From: a virus
Virus record (IMG/VR): IMGVR_UViG_3300045988_043739
Location: 1-44,247 of that record
Direction: 5' to 3' (one strand)
DNA length: 44,247 nt
Under the pieces are notes generated by a model. That model made no database searches. It saw nothing but the letters and a program-made list of their open reading frames with translations, and was not told where the DNA came from. Of the stretch, positions 41,548 to 44,247 are shown piece by piece (within the stretch, counting starts at the first letter, position 1; each line of letters opens with the position of its first letter). Made by a program: the position numbers and the translations under genes.

Positions 41548-43725
41548 TTGGCTATTTCCGATTACAAGATCACAGCAGAGGATATTGCAAAATACGGCTG
41601 CGTCAGTCTGCCGGACACGCTGACCGGCGACGCACAGGAAAACAAGGCGAAGTTTGACCGCCTTGTGCGGGAATGTGTAGCAAATGCAGTAAACGCAGTG
41701 ATTGACCACATGGTTCTCGTAGAGAATGAAGCGCAGGACTGGGCGAGCGCGGAAGCACTGCGCGTTCAGGCAGAAGCCGCACGAGTGGCAGCGGAAAACC
41801 TGAGAGTGCAGGCGGAGAATGACCGTGCGGACACAGAGACCGCAAGAGCGGCGGCAGAGACGGCCCGCGTACTGGCAGAGAACCTTCGTGCGGAGGCAGA
41901 GACCGCCCGCGCCAATGCGGAGAACAAGCGCGACACAGCAGAAAAGAGCCGCGTTTCCGCTGAGACCGGCAGAGTGAACGCCGAATCTGCCCGCGTGACG
42001 GCAGAAAGCCAGAGGGCGAACGCAGAGAGCGTCCGTGCACAGAATGAAGCGGCGCGTATTTCTGCCGAGACCGGCAGAGCGGATGCCGAGGCAGACCGCG
42101 TTTCTGCCGAGGATACCCGAATTGCAAACGAGAATGCACGGAAATCTGCTGAGACAGACCGCGCCGCTGCGGAGACTGTGCGCGAAAGCGGCGAGAACGC
42201 AAGAAAATCTGCGGAGAATGCACGTGCGAGTGCGGAACAGCAGAGAGAGAGTGCGGAAAGCACCCGTCAGACCGCAGAACAGAGCCGCGCCGCTGCGGAA
42301 ACCGCCCGTCAGACCGCCGAGAAAGCACGCAACGTGTGGGAGGAGTACAGCACGGGCAAGGCGTATGTACCTGGAAACAAGGTCAGCTTTAACGGCTCGT
42401 CTTATGTATGCACGGCTGCAACGACCGGACACGCGCCGACCGATACCGCGTACTGGCTGCTGATCGCGCAGAAGGGCACGGACGGCAAGGGCGCAGGCGA
42501 TATGCTGGCGAGTGTTTACGACCCTAAGAGCAAAAAACAGGATGTGTTCCAGTATGCGGATACCAAGGCGAGTGTGGCAAAAAGTGCGGCGGATGCTGCG
42601 CAAACCAACTTGAATACGCATATTACCAACAAAAGCAATCCGCACAACGTTACAGCCGAGCAGGTTGGTGCTGCCGCGAAGGATTTAAGCAATGTGCAGT
42701 TTGGACTGGCGTTTGTGGCGGCAACGCTGCCGAATTCGGCGAACTGGCAGTCAGTTTGCTACGGCAACGGAAAATTCGTTGCCGTAGCAGCTGGCACCAA
42801 CAAAGCAGCGTACAGCGTAGACGGTATCACATGGACAGCGGCAACCCTGCCGAGTTCAGCAAATTGGACTTCGGTATGCTATGGTGACGGAAAATTCGTT
42901 GCGGTAGCAGCTGATAGAAACAGAGCGGCATATAGCACAGACGGCATCGCATGGATGGCGGCAACCCTGCCGAGTTCAACAGACTGGGGTTCGGTATGCT
43001 ATGGTGACGGAAAATTCGTTGCGGTAGCATATAGCAGCGACGAAGCGGCATATAGCACAGACGGTATCACATGGACGGCGGTGACGCTGCTTAGTTCGAC
43101 AAACTGGGCTTCGGTATGCCACGGCAACGGAAAATTCGTTGCGGTAGCATATAGCACCAACAAAGCGGCATACAGCACAGACGGCATCACATGGACGGTG
43201 GCGACCCTGCCGAGTTCTGCAAACTGGTGTTCAGTATGTTATGGCAACGGAAAATTCGTTGCGGTAGCAAACAGCAGCGACGAAGCGGCGTACAGCACGG
43301 ACGGCATTACATGGACTGTCGTTACGCTGCCTTCGTCTGATTCTTGGTACTCCGTCACCTTCGGTGATGGTAAATTTGTTGCGGTAGCACAAGACAGTAA
43401 CGCAGCCGCACATGCGTCTGACGTCGTAGACCGACTTGTAGACGCCGGTTTAGCAAAAGCACCTTCCGCTTGTAAGGTAACTCTCACCGCTTCCGGCTGG
43501 GATTCTTCTGCAAAAACCCAATCTGCGACGGTCTCCGGCGTACTGGAAGACGAGAGCAAGCAGCTTATCATCCCCATGCCTGCGGTGGCAAGCATGACGG
43601 CGTACAACGATGCGGGTATCCAGTGTACTGCACAGGCGACAGGCAAGCTGACGTTTACGGCAGATACCGTGCCGACGGTGGCTATCGACGTGTATGTGAC
43701 CATTACGCCGGTTAGCTTTTCGTGA
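41548..43725 (+). CDS. Tail fibre / receptor-binding protein (TTG start)
   Basis: GAGGTG lies 6 nt upstream of TTG 41548. Domains in order: N-terminal LTGDAQENKAKFDRL, 28 AE-x2-R-x2 heptads, a CBM5/12-like YVPGNKVSFNGSSYVCTAATTGHAPTDTAYW, NPHNVTAEQVGA, and six 40-aa W-x-SVCYGNGKFVAVA repeats. Confidence 0.8.
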   Translation: MAISDYKITAEDIAKYGCVSLPDTLTGDAQENKAKFDRLVRECVANAVNAVIDHMVLVENEAQDWASAEALRVQAEAARVAAENLRVQAENDRADTETARAAAETARVLAENLRAEAETARANAENKRDTAEKSRVSAETGRVNAESARVTAESQRANAESVRAQNEAARISAETGRADAEADRVSAEDTRIANENARKSAETDRAAAETVRESGENARKSAENARASAEQQRESAESTRQTAEQSRAAAETARQTAEKARNVWEEYSTGKAYVPGNKVSFNGSSYVCTAATTGHAPTDTAYWLLIAQKGTDGKGAGDMLASVYDPKSKKQDVFQYADTKASVAKSAADAAQTNLNTHITNKSNPHNVTAEQVGAAAKDLSNVQFGLAFVAATLPNSANWQSVCYGNGKFVAVAAGTNKAAYSVDGITWTAATLPSSANWTSVCYGDGKFVAVAADRNRAAYSTDGIAWMAATLPSSTDWGSVCYGDGKFVAVAYSSDEAAYSTDGITWTAVTLLSSTNWASVCHGNGKFVAVAYSTNKAAYSTDGITWTVATLPSSANWCSVCYGNGKFVAVANSSDEAAYSTDGITWTVVTLPSSDSWYSVTFGDGKFVAVAQDSNAAAHASDVVDRLVDAGLAKAPSACKVTLTASGWDSSAKTQSATVSGVLEDESKQLIIPMPAVASMTAYNDAGIQCTAQATGKLTFTADTVPTVAIDVYVTITPVSFS
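41746..42333 (+). repeat. 28 tandem 21-bp (heptad) repeats within the tail fibre gene
   Basis: SAEALRV QAEAARV AAENLRV ... TAEKARN, read directly from the translation. Confidence 0.85.
42721..43440 (+). repeat. Six tandem 120-bp repeats (40-aa blade-like units) within the tail fibre gene
   Basis: Units start at 42721, 42841, 42961, 43081, 43201 and 43321. GGAAAATTCGTTGC(G/C)GTAGCA recurs at exact 120-nt spacing. The last unit is diverged. Confidence 0.9.
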
Positions 43726-43734
43726 GGTATCCAG

Positions 43735-44247
43735 ATGATTTATAATTTTCCGAGGAAGAAAAGAAAACAAATCACAAATTATTTGACGTTCTCATCTCCT
43801 AATCCGTTTTCAATCAGAGTGGAAACTCCGGGATGGGACGGAAAACTGTATTACTCGACGGATACCAAGAGATGGGTGGAATGGACGGGAAACGAGGTAA
43901 ATGCCACAGAAGCAGACGGCATTTATGCGTTATATTTCAGCGGCACAGGGAACACAAAAATCGCAGGTGGTTCCTCTTATAAATGGACGCTCAACGGCAG
44001 TAGTATTTCCTGTACAGGTAATATCGAAAGTCTGCTGGATTACGAAACAGTAGCGGCAGGGCATCACCCGACGTTGGCGGATTCCTGCTATAGCTCTATG
44101 TTCTCCGACTGCACAAGCCTAACAACAGCACCGTCACTTCCGGCAACAACGTTGGCGAAGTATTGTTATAGCTCTATGTTCTACGGCTGCACAAGCCTAA
44201 CAACAGTACCGTCACTTCCGGCAACAACGTTGACGGATTACTGCTAT
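43735..44247 (+). CDS. N-terminal part of the wrap-around 26-residue-repeat (BspA/DUF285-like) protein
   Basis: GAGGT RBS. ATG 43735. Open to the window end (171 codons). Continues in frame at nt 56 of the window. Confidence 0.75.
   Translation, partial: MIYNFPRKKRKQITNYLTFSSPNPFSIRVETPGWDGKLYYSTDTKRWVEWTGNEVNATEADGIYALYFSGTGNTKIAGGSSYKWTLNGSSISCTGNIESLLDYETVAAGHHPTLADSCYSSMFSDCTSLTTAPSLPATTLAKYCYSSMFYGCTSLTTVPSLPATTLTDYCY
44086..44247 (+). repeat. 78-bp (26-aa) tandem repeats CYSSMF-x2-CTSLTT-x-PSLPATTL
   Basis: Units start at 44086, 44164 and 44242, the last continuing at window nt 50. Confidence 0.85.

Larger units (their letters stand above)
1..44247. mobile_element. Complete circularly closed temperate phage genome (44192 bp unique), podovirus-like gene set
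   Basis: Integrase, CI/Cro switch, recombination/replication genes, terS/terL/portal/scaffold/capsid/fibre and holin/endolysin are each present once. There are no host housekeeping genes. The 55-nt ends are identical and the junction restores one ORF. Confidence 0.85.

Noticed and set aside
1245-42645. Other long antisense ORFs (for example 1245-2027, 3110-3814, 4249-5376, 5267-6091, 23128-23832, 24142-24753, 36611-37495, 37291-38463, 40440-41192, 41509-42645)
   Set aside because: Each lies fully opposite a gene with recognisable motifs or strong RBS coupling. Their composition (Arg/Cys/Leu-rich) is typical of the reverse frame of GC-rich coding DNA.
41746-44247. Diversity-generating retroelement acting on the fibre or repeat proteins
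   Set aside because: No reverse transcriptase gene exists in the genome, and no template-repeat/variable-repeat pair with adenine-specific differences was seen.

Overview
The window is a complete, circularly closed temperate phage genome. The first 55 nt are identical to the last 55 nt, leaving 44192 bp unique, and joining the ends restores one ORF across the junction. GGAGG-type RBSs, TGnTAnAAT extended -10 promoters and a phi-LC3-type holin point to a Gram-positive, probably Clostridia-like, host (inference; GC looks mid-50s % by eye, not computed). Gene order from nt 1 is as follows. (1) End of a 26-residue-repeat tail protein, then the lysis cassette (membrane protein, holin, Amidase_2 endolysin). 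(2) A sigma-region-4-like regulator and a block of compositionally odd late genes (Q/M-rich, Cys-rich, S/G-rich), ending in a 2259-aa protein with a C-terminal M23 peptidase. (3) attP, which is the 3' part of a tRNA-Thr(GGU) plus a bidirectional terminator, next to a tyrosine integrase. (4) Two leftward membrane-protein morons and a CI/Cro switch with TTGGCG operators. (5) A rightward early region: small membrane ORFs, an HTH gene bracketed by 11-bp iterons, Gp157, ERF, NinB-like, SSB, replisome organiser, RusA, a DNA methyltransferase, three HNH endonucleases, HAD-like and MazG-like proteins, and a DUF1492-like late regulator. (6) A 1.1-kb ORF-free, helix-dense transcription unit. (7) A leftward four-gene cassette under a palindrome-controlled promoter. 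(8) An RHH gene, terS, terL, portal, scaffold, decoration protein, major capsid, adaptor-like protein, a 628-aa tail protein, and a TTG-initiated repeat-rich tail fibre. No tail tube, sheath, tape-measure chaperones or baseplate genes are visible, so the virion is probably podovirus-like. The leads most worth follow-up are: the ORF-free structured region (candidate large ncRNA of the ROOL/GOLLD kind or new), the acr/aca-like reverse cassette with its own switch, the iteron/twin-hairpin locus, the giant M23 protein with its odd neighbours, and a cluster of tiny membrane ORFs with an internal antisense promoter. All homology statements come from reading motifs by eye. No searches were run.
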